Below are positions 12,294-33,177 of a stretch of 64,000 nt of DNA, one piece after another (within the stretch, counting starts at the first letter, position 1; each line of letters begins with the position of its first letter). The translations under genes and the position numbers were made by a program. Location: NCBI RefSeq assembly GCF_009914755.1, contig NC_060935.1; one strand, written 5' to 3'. This DNA is from the human T2T-CHM13v2.0 reference genome, Homo sapiens. The notes beneath the pieces are model-generated. The model searched no databases. It saw only the letters and a program-made list of their open reading frames with translations, and was not told where the DNA came from.

Positions 12294-15200
12294 CTTTGTT
12301 CTCTTGAAAAAAGAAATGGATCATTGGTTGGCTAACAGTGCTCTAAAATTAAAACCAAAATTATTTACTATGGCTCACCTCAAACATAAGCCCAGAATAT
12401 GGAAAAAGTAAACACTGAGTCTTAAAATATTTAAGGCTAGAACAACCTATGAAGCCAATGTATAGAATTAGGTGTGGTCACACAAGTATATAGACTACAT
12501 GTGTAGCACTGACTGAGGATCAGCCAATTAAGCTCTTCCAAGCTTTCATTAGTGTAATTATTTTAAGGGGGCATGTTTAGATCCTTGGTTTAATTCACAG
12601 ATGACTGATGCCTGTAATGGAGAGTGAGGCTCCAGACAAAGGTACCAATATTATCGTACCATAAGCACAATCTCCTCCCACCTCAGCTGTTGTGATGCTT
12701 TGCGTAAAGCAAATGTCAACAAATTTGATTCACTGGATGAATAAATGGATGGATATTTGAGGGAGGTGGAGAAGCATTCAAAGACCTTAAAACCCATATA
12801 AATTACAACAGAAAACGATTGCTGTCTCATGATACTACAAATAGAAAAGAATGAGGAAACTAATTTCAGTCCACTGTAGGTGGAACAATTACCTAACACA
12901 TGCATTGGGTTCATGGTGGTAATGGTGGTGTCTCGACCTAGTTAAGGAACACCTCCTAAAAGGAGCTACTTGAAGGCCAAAGTTTACTGTTAATGTGGAT
13001 ACTCACGGAAGGAGAGGGAATGCACGCATGATTTTCCATTCCACTGCTCCCTTGGCAGCTCATTCCTTTGAGCTACCAGAGTATTGAAATGGAAAAGATT
13101 TGTGCTTGCTGAGGCTCCTTGAGCAGGATTCTTGTCAATTCCAATCAGCTGCTTACTTAGGAGTTTGGAACAAGCCAGGGGAAACAAGGTAGGGAGTCAG
13201 GCATGAATGAGCTTACATCAGAGTTATGCCGTGGAGCTCCAGATCTGAGGCATTAACACGAAGCACTTATTCTTAAAAAGCTGATCTCTCTCTCTTGTTT
13301 TTTTTAAATTTAAAAGGAAGGTGACTGCTGACATTTTAACTATACAGTGTTGATTTCTAGAATGGACAATCTGAGCTTCTTCAGGCATTCGTACCTGATC
13401 TTAGCACTCAATTTTTAAATTGAGAGTTCGGTAAGTGCTACAAAGAGTTCTATTTTTCACTCTAAAGACAGGGACAACTCAATAGGGTTCCCCATTTTCC
13501 CAATCACTCATTGTGTTTGCTGGACAGAATTGTGATTGGCATTAGGAACTATCGGAGCGATTAGGTAAACATAAAGTTGTCCCACGAGCGGCTGGCTATG
13601 TTTTGGGAGATTAAGATTCCCGATCATTGGTGGACATTCCTCTCATCAAATTAGTAATCTTTCTTTGTGCATATGTCTGCTTTAAATTTTCTGAATATTA
13701 GAAACAGGTCATTGGAGAAATCTGAGCTGACAAAATGCGTGTATAATTAAGAGCCACTTAGAGCAGCGGCTGAGCTTATGTAGTCCAGGATATGACACAG
13801 CAGGCAGCAGGACCCTACAGTCACTCAAAGCAGAGCTTGGTTTTTAAATAAACATGTATGCTCAGTTCATTCTGAAAACTAATGACTCTGAAGCCTCATG
13901 ACTCATGGGGCTTTTCTCCGTGAAGTCCCTGAGTAAAGGGACATAAGTACATACTATAAAGGTGGAGGTCAGCTTTTTCTTTACCAGTGACTCAGATGCG
14001 TTCAGGCTCTATAGGGAAAGTCAATGATTGGGAAAAAAAAAAAAGCCTGAGTTGGCATGAAAATTTTTCCCAAAAATGGCGACTGAAATTACAAATGTGG
14101 TGAGTTTCCTTTTCTATACTGTATTTTTCACAGCAACTAACACTCTTACAGATCACATTTGCTCACATTACTGTAAAATATCCTGCCAATTGGTCTTTCA
14201 CTCAGCCTATTTCATCATAAGATCCCTCAGCAGTAGTACTAATTATTGTATTTTAATTTTTAATGTATTGCAAAATGTATTCACTTGCCATCTGTGAAAA
14301 GTACCTCTTCTGCTTGTCTGCATTCAAGGGGTAAAAATGTGTCAATATGCCAACTTTGATCTCTAAACCAGTATTTTTTTTTTTTAGCCAAAAGTACTTT
14401 CCTAAAAATAAGAAGCTACCATTTTTAAATTGTGAATTTCCTCATAAAATTTCATGTTTTTTTTCTGGCTTTTCCCAGAACATGTAAGATGCAACTTTGC
14501 TGGGCCCACGTGTCTACATAGCAATCACTGGCAGAGCAGCAGCAAACAGCCTCAGACAGCCAAGCAGTTTGCAGCCTGCCAGGAGCTGTGCCACCCTTCA
14601 TCATTGCTGAACTGTGGTTTTATGTATACAAGGAGACTTAAAACAAAATGGAAATCTTTCTTGTATCTGTGATTCTATCCAAACCGAGAAAAGAAAATAT
14701 GTGGCCTATGAAATGATGGGTTTCTCAAAAGATGTGAAAATGTATATTTCTTGGTAGAAATGAAGAATGTATAAACAAAATATGTCCATAGCTAAAAAGC
14801 GCAATTTATGATGCCATTAAGGACCAACCAGTGTAAGAAAGGGCTAGTTCTTGACTTTACAGTCAAATTGCTTCAGTCATTCACTTTATTTGCTTGATCC
14901 CTTAGACGTTTATGTTATAAATTAGTGCATTAATACACGTCTTGCTTCCTTCATTGTCAAATGGCCATCCACATTTATAAGGAGTGTGCAAATGGGTTGA
15001 GTAGATAAATCTCCAACCTGTCATATCACAGAGAAACTGCAGGATTGTGCAGCATCACAGATTCAGGCTGCAGACCAATTGGCTGCTCATTCGGAATAGT
15101 GTCCCCCAGTCCCCCTAGGTATAGCAGGAATAATTAATATTTTGAGATTATTTGATTTAAGCTATTCAATACCCCATGGCCCCCAGACTTTATCTAATGT

Positions 15201-16437
15201 TTTAATAGAAAGGCTGTTGGTTCCCAGAAGTCAAGTGGGAATGGGGCTGCCTAACTTGATGAATATATGCTCATGGACAGTGTTAAGTGGTTTTGGGTCC
15301 TTCTTCCTGGGATCAGAGCCTTGTTCCTATATTGTGGCTTGCTCCCTATTTTTCATCTAGCTGGTCACACCATGATTTGGGCCCTATGTTTTGGGGTTTT
15401 TAATATCTACGCAATCTCTTTTGCTAATTAAAGAATCTTGAGAGATTCATTGCAAAAATAACTATTTTAGGAACGGATCACTAAGGAGGTGGAAAGATTT
15501 TGAAGAGGGATAATATTTCAGTTTTTCTGTTATTGGCTTAAGTTTATTTCCGAGTAGCACTTAAGACCCGAGAATGCCCCTCCCCTTCCTGTTCTCCTCT
15601 GCTTGAATTTTCATTTCCCTTTCACCTGTCTCCTCCATTCTCACAGACTGGCTGGGGAAATAATGAGATTCAAGGATTCTTACAGTTTAATTTTAATTAT
15701 TACCATAACATTCAGGAATATGTTTTGTTGTTTACAAAAATGATCTCTGAGCCTGGACTCAAACAAACATACTAAAGGATATTCTATAATTGGATTTGTT
15801 TCATTGATTTTACATATATTAATAGTGCAAAGCACTGTACAAATGCCAAAGAGAGATTCCTGCCAAAGATCCTGCCCTAGCAGGGTTTGCAACCAAACAG
15901 AACAGAAAAACTTAATTAAACAAGCAATTACACAAATTACTTGTGCAATTATTAATCCTGAACTTTATATTATCTCCCTTCTGCGTGGAACATTCTTCCC
16001 TCAGCTATTCCCACAGCAGGGTAAATCTCATCCTCCCAGTCATCAATATTGGGCATGAGGAGCTTCCATGGCCTGTGATTGGACAGCAATTGGTCTTAGC
16101 TCAAAGACTGTTTGCTTTTTGTAGAAAAACCAGGCATTATCTTCCTGCACTCAAAATAAGGCTTAATTTTTTCTTGACTATAATGGTAGTAAATGTCAAT
16201 TGCAGTAAATCTAACGCAAGCTGGAAATTATAAAAGAATATATATAAATCATATGTATACTTGTTCTCAGAAATAGCTATTCTTGATATCTTAAAACATG
16301 TTCTCTGTTCTCTTTCCTAATTTGAAATCATGTTTTATATGTAACTATGAAATTGTGAAACCTTTCCATAGTTAAAAATCAGATGGTGCTAATTTCCCTC
16401 TACTGCTATATTATTGAGGTAAGAATATTTCTGTATA

Positions 16438-16730
16438 CAGACAGTCCCTGACTTTTTGTGGTTGGACTTAACCATTCTTCCACTTTATGATGGGTTTATC
16501 AGGGTATTAATTTCATTTTCAACTTATGATGTTTGTGAATTATGATAAGCTTATTGTGATGTAGGCTCATTGTAAGTTGAGGAGCATCTGGACTTACAGT
16601 GGTACAACTCAACATTTTTCAGTCTTACAATGGGGTTATTGGAGTAGTAAGTGCATTTTCAACTTATGATTTGTTCTACTTATAATCGGTTTGTGGAGAC
16701 ATAACCCAATTGTAAGTAGAGAAGCATCTG
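16438..16730 (-). mobile_element. MER47 (Tigger5-derived, Tc1/mariner) non-autonomous element made of two ~140-bp tandem units
   Basis: TA-flanked. Termini cagacagtccctgactt and gtaagtagagaagcatctg, with an internal copy of the terminus gtaagttgaggagcatctg ending at 16590. Confidence 0.8.
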
Positions 16731-18097
16731 TACTAGGCTTTTAGAATCATTTACCAGAAGTTACCTGATAAAAAATTTAGGACTCCGCATAGGTAGTCAT
16801 AAATTTGTTCCTTAAAGGTTGTACCAATTCATGTTTTTATCAATAGTGAGCAAAAGTTCCCATCTCATCATAACTTTACTGATACTACTATTTCTTTAAT
16901 ACCTTCTCTACTTTCTAAGGTTAAAATGGTAAAATTTAATGTGCTTTTCTGCAATTATATTTTAGTTTTGTTATACATGTATATACATATAATGGTATAT
17001 GTATTTTATTAAGATGTAAATATACTCCATGTCCATTGTATTACATACATAAAATAAGTAAAAATTTAGATAAATATTTAAGATTTAATCTCTTCCACCA
17101 AATTTACATAGTCTAGGCATTTTTACAGTGAAATAATATTATCGCCAAACTAATAATCGCATACTAAAGATTTGTGACGTCTGTAAGTTGACTTAAGTGA
17201 ATATTTTTTCTTTTAAATGATTTTTACTTAACTAAATATTTGAACTTTTAGTGATAATGAAAATCAGTTTTAGTGATCCCACAATTAATTCTAGGAAGAA
17301 CACAACTGGACCTTGGGACTTGCCGATGGGTAAAGTTGAAGAAGTAGACCGCTGGCTAAAAAGGAAAGGGGGAAAAAACCCTCCTAATTACATACAAACA
17401 TCTCAGCAGTGAGCAATCAATGAGAAAGGAAATGCTGGAAAAGTACTTGACATTTAAATGTCAATTTAATCAAATTACGCAATTTTAAAATGTAGCTGAG
17501 TGTAATGGGCTCTTTAAATTCTTTAAAACATTATTTTATTTAAAATGGTCCAGAGATTGAGCATTTAGCTGCCTTGAACTGTCGTTTGAACCAATATCCT
17601 TAAATAATAACTTACTGAATTAGGTCATTACACTTTTAAAATAAAAATATAAATTTTATGGTTTTTTTCCAGAATAAAATATATCAGCATATCTGATGTA
17701 AAATAACGATTGGTCAGCATTTATGGCAATTCAATGAGATAATGTTGGAAAGGACAAATTGGAGAGTTAGGATGTCTAAATTCTAGGAAGGAAAAAATTC
17801 AGACAAACATAATATAGGATTCTTACTTCCCTACTAATTTATTTCCCTTAATTTTGGCATGAATTAGTCTTAACCTCAGCTTCCTCGTCATCCTTGATCT
17901 AGACCATTCACTGGAGAGAGAACTAATCATTGCTCGCTTCAACTTCCTAATATATCAAATTTGTGTGCATGTGTAACTATGAACAGTAAGTAGAAAGTGA
18001 TGAGAACAAGATACCCAGGGAAGTAATTGATTCAGTTTGGTCCTAAGGCTCAATAAAACTTGACCTCTGAATTTATAATGAACTCAATGCAGCGTCA

Positions 18098-19045
18098 CCA
18101 ACAACAAAACAAATAATGGACATTTTTCAAAAGAAGACATACAAATAGCCAACAAACATGAAAAAATGCTCAACATCACTAATAATTAGAGAAATGCAAG
18201 TTAAAATTGCAGTGAAATATCATCTGACACCAGTCAAAATGACTACTATTAAAAAGTCAGAAAATAACAGATGTTGGGAAGGATGCAGAGAAAAGGGAAT
18301 GCTCATACAGTGTTGGTGGGAATGTAAATTCATATGACGTCTATAGAGAACAGTATGGAGATTCCCAAAGAACTAAAACCAGAACTACCGTTCAATCTAG
18401 CAATCCCACTACTGGATATTTACCCAATAAACATACAAGTGCAGTTGTCTTTTTTATATCATTATATAAATGATATGCACTAATAAGTTTATTGCAGTGA
18501 TATTTACCATGGCAAAGATAGGGACAGAATCAATAACCTAAGTGTCCATAAAAGGACAATTAGATAAATAAAATGTGACATATATATATACATAGATAGA
18601 TAGATAGATGGATACACACACACCATTATATATACACACACACACACACACATATATATATGTGCACACAAACACACACACACATTGGAATACTATTCAG
18701 CCATGATAAAGAATGAAATCAATGAAATCACATCTTTCACAGCAATATGGATGGAAGTGGAGACCATTATCTGAACTCAAACAACTCAGAAACAGAAAAT
18801 CAAATACTACATGCTCTCACTTATAAGTGGGAGCTAAATAGTGTGTATACATGGACATAGAGCATGAAATGATAGACACTGGTGATTTGAAAGGGTTGGG
18901 GGGCAGTAGGGGATGGTGATAAGAAATTACTTAATGAATGCAGTGTACATTATTTGAGTGAAGAATACACTAAAAGCCAAGACCATCACTCTGCAATATA
19001 TCCCTGCAACAAAATTGTACTTATAGCCCTTAAATTTATAAATTT
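18098..19045 (+). mobile_element. L1MA/L1PB-type 3' fragment with internal TA/GATA/CA microsatellite (18579-18684)
   Basis: ttcaaaagaagacatacaaatagccaac...catgctctcacttataagtgggagctaa...aacaaaattgtacttatagcccttaaatttata. Confidence 0.85.
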
Positions 19046-19199
19046 TTTTTAAAAAGCTGAGCTTTGAGCCTAAACACTAATAATGTGTCATATATTTTTC
19101 TCTTCTGGGTTGACAAATATAATTTTTATGTTGTTGAGGGAAAAAAACATTGTTTGATTACATTGTTGTTACCAAAATAATGAAGAGGTTGTCTATATG

Positions 19200-19430
19200 T
19201 TCAATTAAGAGCACCAAATTTAGAAATCAATGTTTGCATTTGAATCTCATCTCTACTACTTAGTCCTGTGAGCTTGAGCAAATCTTAATCTCTCTGAGCT
19301 TTAGTTTCTTCATTTATAAAATGAGGATAATCAATACTTTATAGGATTTGTATGAGGATTCATTCATATCCTGTTAAATATGATAATATATGTAGAATAA
19401 TTAAATATATAGAATAATTCAAGCATTGAA
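19200..19430 (+). mobile_element. MIR SINE
   Basis: tttgaatctcatctctactacttagtcctgtgagcttgagcaaatcttaatctctctgagctttagtttcttcatttataaaatgaggataat. Confidence 0.8.
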
Positions 19431-19469
19431 ACAGTTTAAGCATGCAATATTAGCTATTTCTCATCATCT

Positions 19470-27162
<7,693 letters not shown>

Positions 27163-27716
27163 CTATTATTAATCGCATAGCACTTTGCAGTTTATACATT
27201 CCTTTCACATTTATTACCTCATTTGATGTGTCTAAATGTCCAAATTGTGTATACCACACTTAAACAGCCTCTTTATGTTGTATCTCTTATATTATCTTCT
27301 TTCCCTGTGTCTAAATCAATGTATAGAAATAGATTAATTGCATATACAAACTCTCTTTGTCAGATATATCATATACCTGAAAGCATTATTGTTATTTTGA
27401 AAGACTTAATACATTTTCATACATTTCTACCTTGCTGTCACAAAGTTAAGAAAATAATTATAACCAATGTTATCTTTAATATCGCACTACTGGATGATGC
27501 CATACTTTAGAGAAGATACGGTGTCAGTATACGTATATACATAGATAGAAGTCAGTAGGCCATATAGATGATACATGTATGAAATTGTTGTTTATTTACC
27601 AGTAGACATTAATAGACTTCTACATAATATGGAATTGTTGGGAGATTTTTGTATCTTTAAGGATTTGTGGTGCCCATTCTTTAGTTTCTCTTTGGTTTCC
27701 ATAGACGTCTATTCTT

Positions 27717-28010
27717 TTCTTTTTTCTTTTTGAGACGGAGTCTGGCTCTGTCACCCAGGCTGGAGTGCAGTGGCACAATTTTGGCTCACGGCAACCTCTG
27801 CCTCCTAGGTTCTAGCAATTCTGCTGCCTCAGCCTCCCAAGTAGCTAGGATTACAGGCGCCTGCCACCACGACCAGCTAATTTTTTGTATTTTTAGTAGA
27901 GACGGGGTTTCGCTGTGTTGGTCAGGCTGGTCTCAAACTCCTGACCTCATGATCCTCCCACCTTGGCCTCCCAGTGTTGGGATTACAGGAGTGAGCCACC
28001 ATGCCTGGCC
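27717..28010 (-). mobile_element. AluS (Sg-like), full length
   Basis: Poly(T)-gagacggagtc...gagccaccatgcctggcc. TSD agac(g/a)tctattctt at 27703-27716 and 28011-28024. Confidence 0.95.
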
Positions 28011-28029
28011 AGACATCTATTCTTATTCT

Positions 28030-29220
28030 GCTCATTGATAATCCTGCTTCAGCAGTAGTCGATACCCCTTCCATTTTGAAACACTTTTTTTTTATATTGA
28101 ATTCCATGATATCACACTGTACTGGGTTTTCCTTACTTCTCATGCCTTTCCTGGTAAGGTTACTTTACTAGCTTCACTGGAAACATTTTTCCTGTGTTCA
28201 TTTATGTTCCCATAATGATAACCATATTATCATTGGTCACTACATGAATACATATATATATTATATACATATATATGAATTCATATATATGTATATTATA
28301 TATAATATATGTATATTATATATAATATATATATTTTATACATATATATATATAAAATATCTTGCCCATGGCCTTTAGACACTGACAGATCTACTCAATT
28401 GGCATTTTCCCTTGAATTTTCTCCAGGCATCTCAAACTAAGTATGTATAAAATTGGACTCACTAAACCTCCCACAGTTTACTCCACCTTGGTAAATGGTA
28501 AACACAACAGCATTCAGCCAGTTGCTTTGCTAGAGACTGAGATGTAAATTTTGCCTAACACTCATGTGTAATTCATCAACAAAGCCTATTAATTCTACTC
28601 ACTAAATATGCCTTGAGTCCATGTATTTCTCTTGCTCTTCACAGCCCTTGCATTCTAAGCTTTCAACAACTTTTGGCTAGACTACTGCAATACCAGGATC
28701 AAGTTCCCTAGGATCCATTACAGTTCCATTTAATTAATTTTCCCTACTATAGCTTGCACTCTAAAATCATAAATCAGATGATTTCGCTCTCCTGTTTCAG
28801 AACAAGGTGGCTTCCCATCTTCCTTAGGATAAAGTCCAAAATCCACAGGGATACTTAACACTGTTCTCCAAGACTTGGTTTATTACTTCCTCTTCAGCCT
28901 TATCACTCACCACTTCCCCTCCCTCTCAGACACCAAACAAAATTGTTCAGCTTCTTTATAGCACTTTGCAATTTTCATTTATGTCTGAGATAGTGTTTTC
29001 TCTACTTTGTGACTGGCATACTCCTAGTTATCAGTCAATTTAAGTTTGCATCCTTATACTATCCTTTATTCCTTTATAAGCACTAATTTTATAAGCACTA
29101 ATATTACTTATCAGTACTGGGTCAATGTAAGAGTGAGGATCACATGTGAATTCTCTACTGGGGTGTCCCCCAGCACCTGGCAGTGTCTAAGAGTAGATGC
29201 TCAATATTGTTGAATGAATA
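28030..29220 (+). mobile_element. L2 LINE 3' fragment, interrupted by (TA)n
   Basis: caggcatctcaaactaagtatg, cttaggataaagtccaaa, and 3' terminus tagatgctcaatattgttgaatgaat. Confidence 0.75.
28248..28360. repeat. (TA)n-rich microsatellite
   Basis: About 110 bp of almost pure alternating A/T. Confidence 0.95.
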
Positions 29221-29899
29221 GTTGTTATAGCCACGATGATATTAAATACTATCATATAAAGTTCTAGTTTCGCATATTCTCAAAATCATGTAACATGCTT
29301 TACTTATTTGTATGTTCTCAGCCCCCAACAGAGTACCTAAAATACAATACGCAAATCAGCATATATACACTGAGCTAACATATAGCTACCTCAAACATGA
29401 AATATTATTCAAAAAATTAGCTTTCAGATTAAACCCTTAGAGACTTTCCACCATGAAATCAGTAAACATTATCAGAAAAAAAAAGAAAGAAAATCATGTT
29501 GCAAAAACAAAAATCTGCTTAGACTCAATATAGTGAACCATGGATGTTTGTAAGTGAACAAACAACTCGCTTGTCTTAATCAGCAAAAGAGAAAGGATAA
29601 TAATTTATTAAATATGTAAATACTACTGATTAAATATTTGAATAATTAAAATGTGCTCAGACCCATTAGCAAATATCCACAGAAGTGTTCATCCTACTCT
29701 CTGGGTGCAACAATTTCATAAAATATAGTTTAAATAACAAGATACAAGGTAGACATTCCTTTCTCACAGGTCTCCTCTCCCTGTAGCAGCAAGAAATTCA
29801 TTACATACATTTCTATTAATTTATAAGTAGGATCTTACTGTAAAATTGTTCCTTCTATTTGAATGGACTTTTTATCTCTACTTTTTATCTAAGCTAAGG

Positions 29900-30020
29900 A
29901 CATCTGCTTTACTTTGTCAGTGTCTAAAGGCCATGGGCAAGTGACCTAATATCTTAGAGGTTTACTGTCTTCCTCTGTAAAAGGGAAGAATCCATCTAGA
30001 TAGTCTCTAAAGTCTCATAT
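29900..30020 (+). mobile_element. MIR fragment
   Basis: ccatgggcaagtgacctaatatcttagaggtttactgtcttcctctgtaaaaggg. Confidence 0.6.
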
Positions 30021-30249
30021 AGGCATAAAAAGCCATAATCCGGGAAAGTTGTTTTCTCCTTGGCACTAGAAGGATACACACTTACATACTTAGACATACA
30101 TTTTTAAACAGACAATAAACAGCTCAAATTTAAGAGCACCAGGTTAAAATGAGCACTGTAAAGATTAGAAAATTTAGTTTGGTAATATATGTGCAAATTT
30201 AAGTGAAGAAGGGGCAGCAATTGTCCCAGAAAACTGTCAGTTCTAGACA

Positions 30250-30566
30250 ATATGCTTCCCAGAAATAAAATTTATCTTGACACACTCTAAAATAAATAAA
30301 TGTTTTAATTGGTGGCCAATGCTTAAAAATTAGAAGAATATTCACAAATACTCAGATATAAAGATTCTATAAAAAATTCAGAGTACCCAGACACACTGGG
30401 CCTTTAATCCCTCTTGGCAACAATCATTTTGGGATGACAGTGGCACCCCTTGTAGTGGGGTAAGTACTCTCAGATTCATTACTGACCTCACCACCCTGCC
30501 CTCGGCCTGCTTCATCCATTTACATTACATTCCTAGGCCCTGTGGATGCTGTACTTTGCAGTCTTC
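30250..30566. mobile_element. MER102-like hAT DNA transposon relic
   Basis: cagacacactgggcc...ggcaacaatc...gcttcatccatttacattacattcctaggccctgtgg. Confidence 0.6.
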
Positions 30567-33177
30567 ATTTAGAGTAAATTAATGGTAGGCGGATATGAGA
30601 GCCATATTGAAAGAATAGTCATTCTCTCTCTCTCTAAAAATATGGCTGTATATGTTGGAAAATGTTATATTTGAAATACTCATGATTATTTATTCAGAAT
30701 AATAACTGTTACTACACAATTTCCGAAAGTTATTTTCTTATGTAGTACACTAAATACTCAAGTTATTTAGAAAAATTTTAGAATCTCCTTGTATAGTATA
30801 TATATAGTATACATGTTTGTTCATCTCATAAACACCTGATATAAGTTACTTTATATACATAATCAGACTTTATACTGCATAAATTATTTTACTTTAGATG
30901 CAATGATTAAACTTCTTTTTATTGTATTAGCTACAAAATAGATATAAATACATTTAAATTTTTTTTCAAAAGGCTATATTCTACTATAAAGTCTGACCTT
31001 TTGGTTTTAAGGGATTCAAACTATTCTAACATATGTTATTAGAAAAAATGTTACTTTAGTATAAAAGCAAAGAAATATATGCTTCAAGTTTTAATGCCTT
31101 TAAGATTAAGATTATAGTGATTATTGTACCAAGCCATATTCTATTCTACTATTACAATTTCCTAAAACCCAAAGCACTTACTGCTTTCATCACACACAAA
31201 CACACACGCAGAAGCAGTAAGAGAAAATTATTAGTAGTATAATTTCAGTAATAAATCATGGTTTAATATAGGGAATTAAACAGCATTTTTATTGGATAGC
31301 ATTCTATTCTGTAATATTCTAATAACAGAATGAAGGCGTAAGGAGCTTTATAAATCAGAATTTATTTAACTTTGAAATCGCTGGAAATGGTCTGAGAACT
31401 CAAAAAGCTGTATACTTGTATAACTTTAACAAGTAACTGGAGTAGTTGATTATTTCTGTTTCGTGTTGTCCTTCTTGGTGTACAGCCCAAATGTTTGAAA
31501 ATTGTTTTTGAAATTTGAATACAGCCAAAAAATAACAACACACAATTAAATTGGCTGCTTTATGTCTTTTTACTAACATTTGACTAGTTCAATTATTATA
31601 TTCTAGAAGGGGAAGAAATTGTTTTTACATGTGAATATTAACCATGCAAAAGTTTAATATTTCCATCTAGCCATGGTTAGCTGTAAATTCTGTTCCAGGA
31701 TTTTTTGCAGGGGACTTTAGTAAGGGACAACTACAAAAATAAAAGAAAAAAAAAAGTATTGAAACATCGGTTACTGCAATCTTATTGTTCTGAGTTATAT
31801 ATGTGTTTGTCCTTTTTAAATTGACAGCAAAAACTCAGTTTGCTTTAAGAAGTGGCTTCTTAAGAAGAAACCAATTTTCCGTAATCCCTTAAGACCTACT
31901 CCTGTTTCCATGAAGTATAAGTATTCTTAGAGTGCCTCTTCCAGTAGCAATAAAGGTATAATGGTCAAAATCCCTTCAGCAGAGCAGGATGGAAGAAGTA
32001 CTTAGCCAGTGATTTTCTTTTCAAGTGGTGGAATGAAATGAACATGAACTTTGGAAGCAGATGTAGGTTACAAAATTATTGTTCTTTCACCACTTAGATG
32101 TATAAACTTATATGAGTTGCATAAATTCACCAAATTTCATCTTTCAAAAAGAAAAGGGAAAACAAGAATACCTCCCTATAAGAATGTCATGAAGTTTAAA
32201 GGAGATAAATAATATAAAATGACTACTACAGAGTCTCACACACCATGGGTATATAATAAGTTCCCCCTCCCACCCCCCTGCCCTGTTCGCTTTCCCCAGC
32301 TAACTGCCTGGATGCCTCCCTCTCATGCTTAACACATGGCATTAGAATACTTGGATGGGTATCCTTGGTCTCAAGTACAGAGCAGGCAGTCTCATTGAAT
32401 GAGTGGAAGCGAATTTAATGTGTAAGGGAATTCCAGATAAGTTGCATGTAAATTAACTTTGGTAACTTGTGTCATCTTCAATACAATGAGGAATTATTCA
32501 TTCTGTAGATTAATTGGGCTAAATATCTTCATGAATCTCAAATACCTTTCACATATGACCTCTTGTTTGCCTCCATTCACTAGGTTGTTCACTTAGCAAA
32601 TATTTATTGCCCACCAACTATGTGCCAAGCGTTAGGCTGAATGCTGGAGCAGAAAAAAAATAAAGAATGGTAATTAAAGCAGCCACAGTTCTTGCTACCA
32701 CAGAGTTATGTGGAGTGGTAAACACATACATTAAACAAATGTCACCAAATTCTGGATCCAAAATAAGTGATGACACTTCAGTTATTCAGGAAGTGTAATA
32801 CTCATGAGAATAGTTGTTTCTAAAACCCACTCAAATATCTGCCCAAATATTATTCCATTCCATTTTTAATTGCTGTTACCCACTTCCAAAATGCATTTAA
32901 ATGATTTTCAGGAAGACAGCTGTGTCTCCTCCAATGACGGAATGCTTTCAACCCATTATTTAGACCCTTGAAAAAGTGTTTCTCTGGCATAAAAAGAATA
33001 TTACTGTAATTATGTGACTCAGTTATATAGTACAAAATATAGATGATGAATCAAACGTTTCCATTAAAGGATCACTTAAAGGTAAAAATATATTCTAAAT
33101 CCTTGAATGCTAAACAGTAAATCACTGGGTGCCTCTTTCTCTATACTTTGTTTCTTCATAATTGGAAGTTGACAAGT

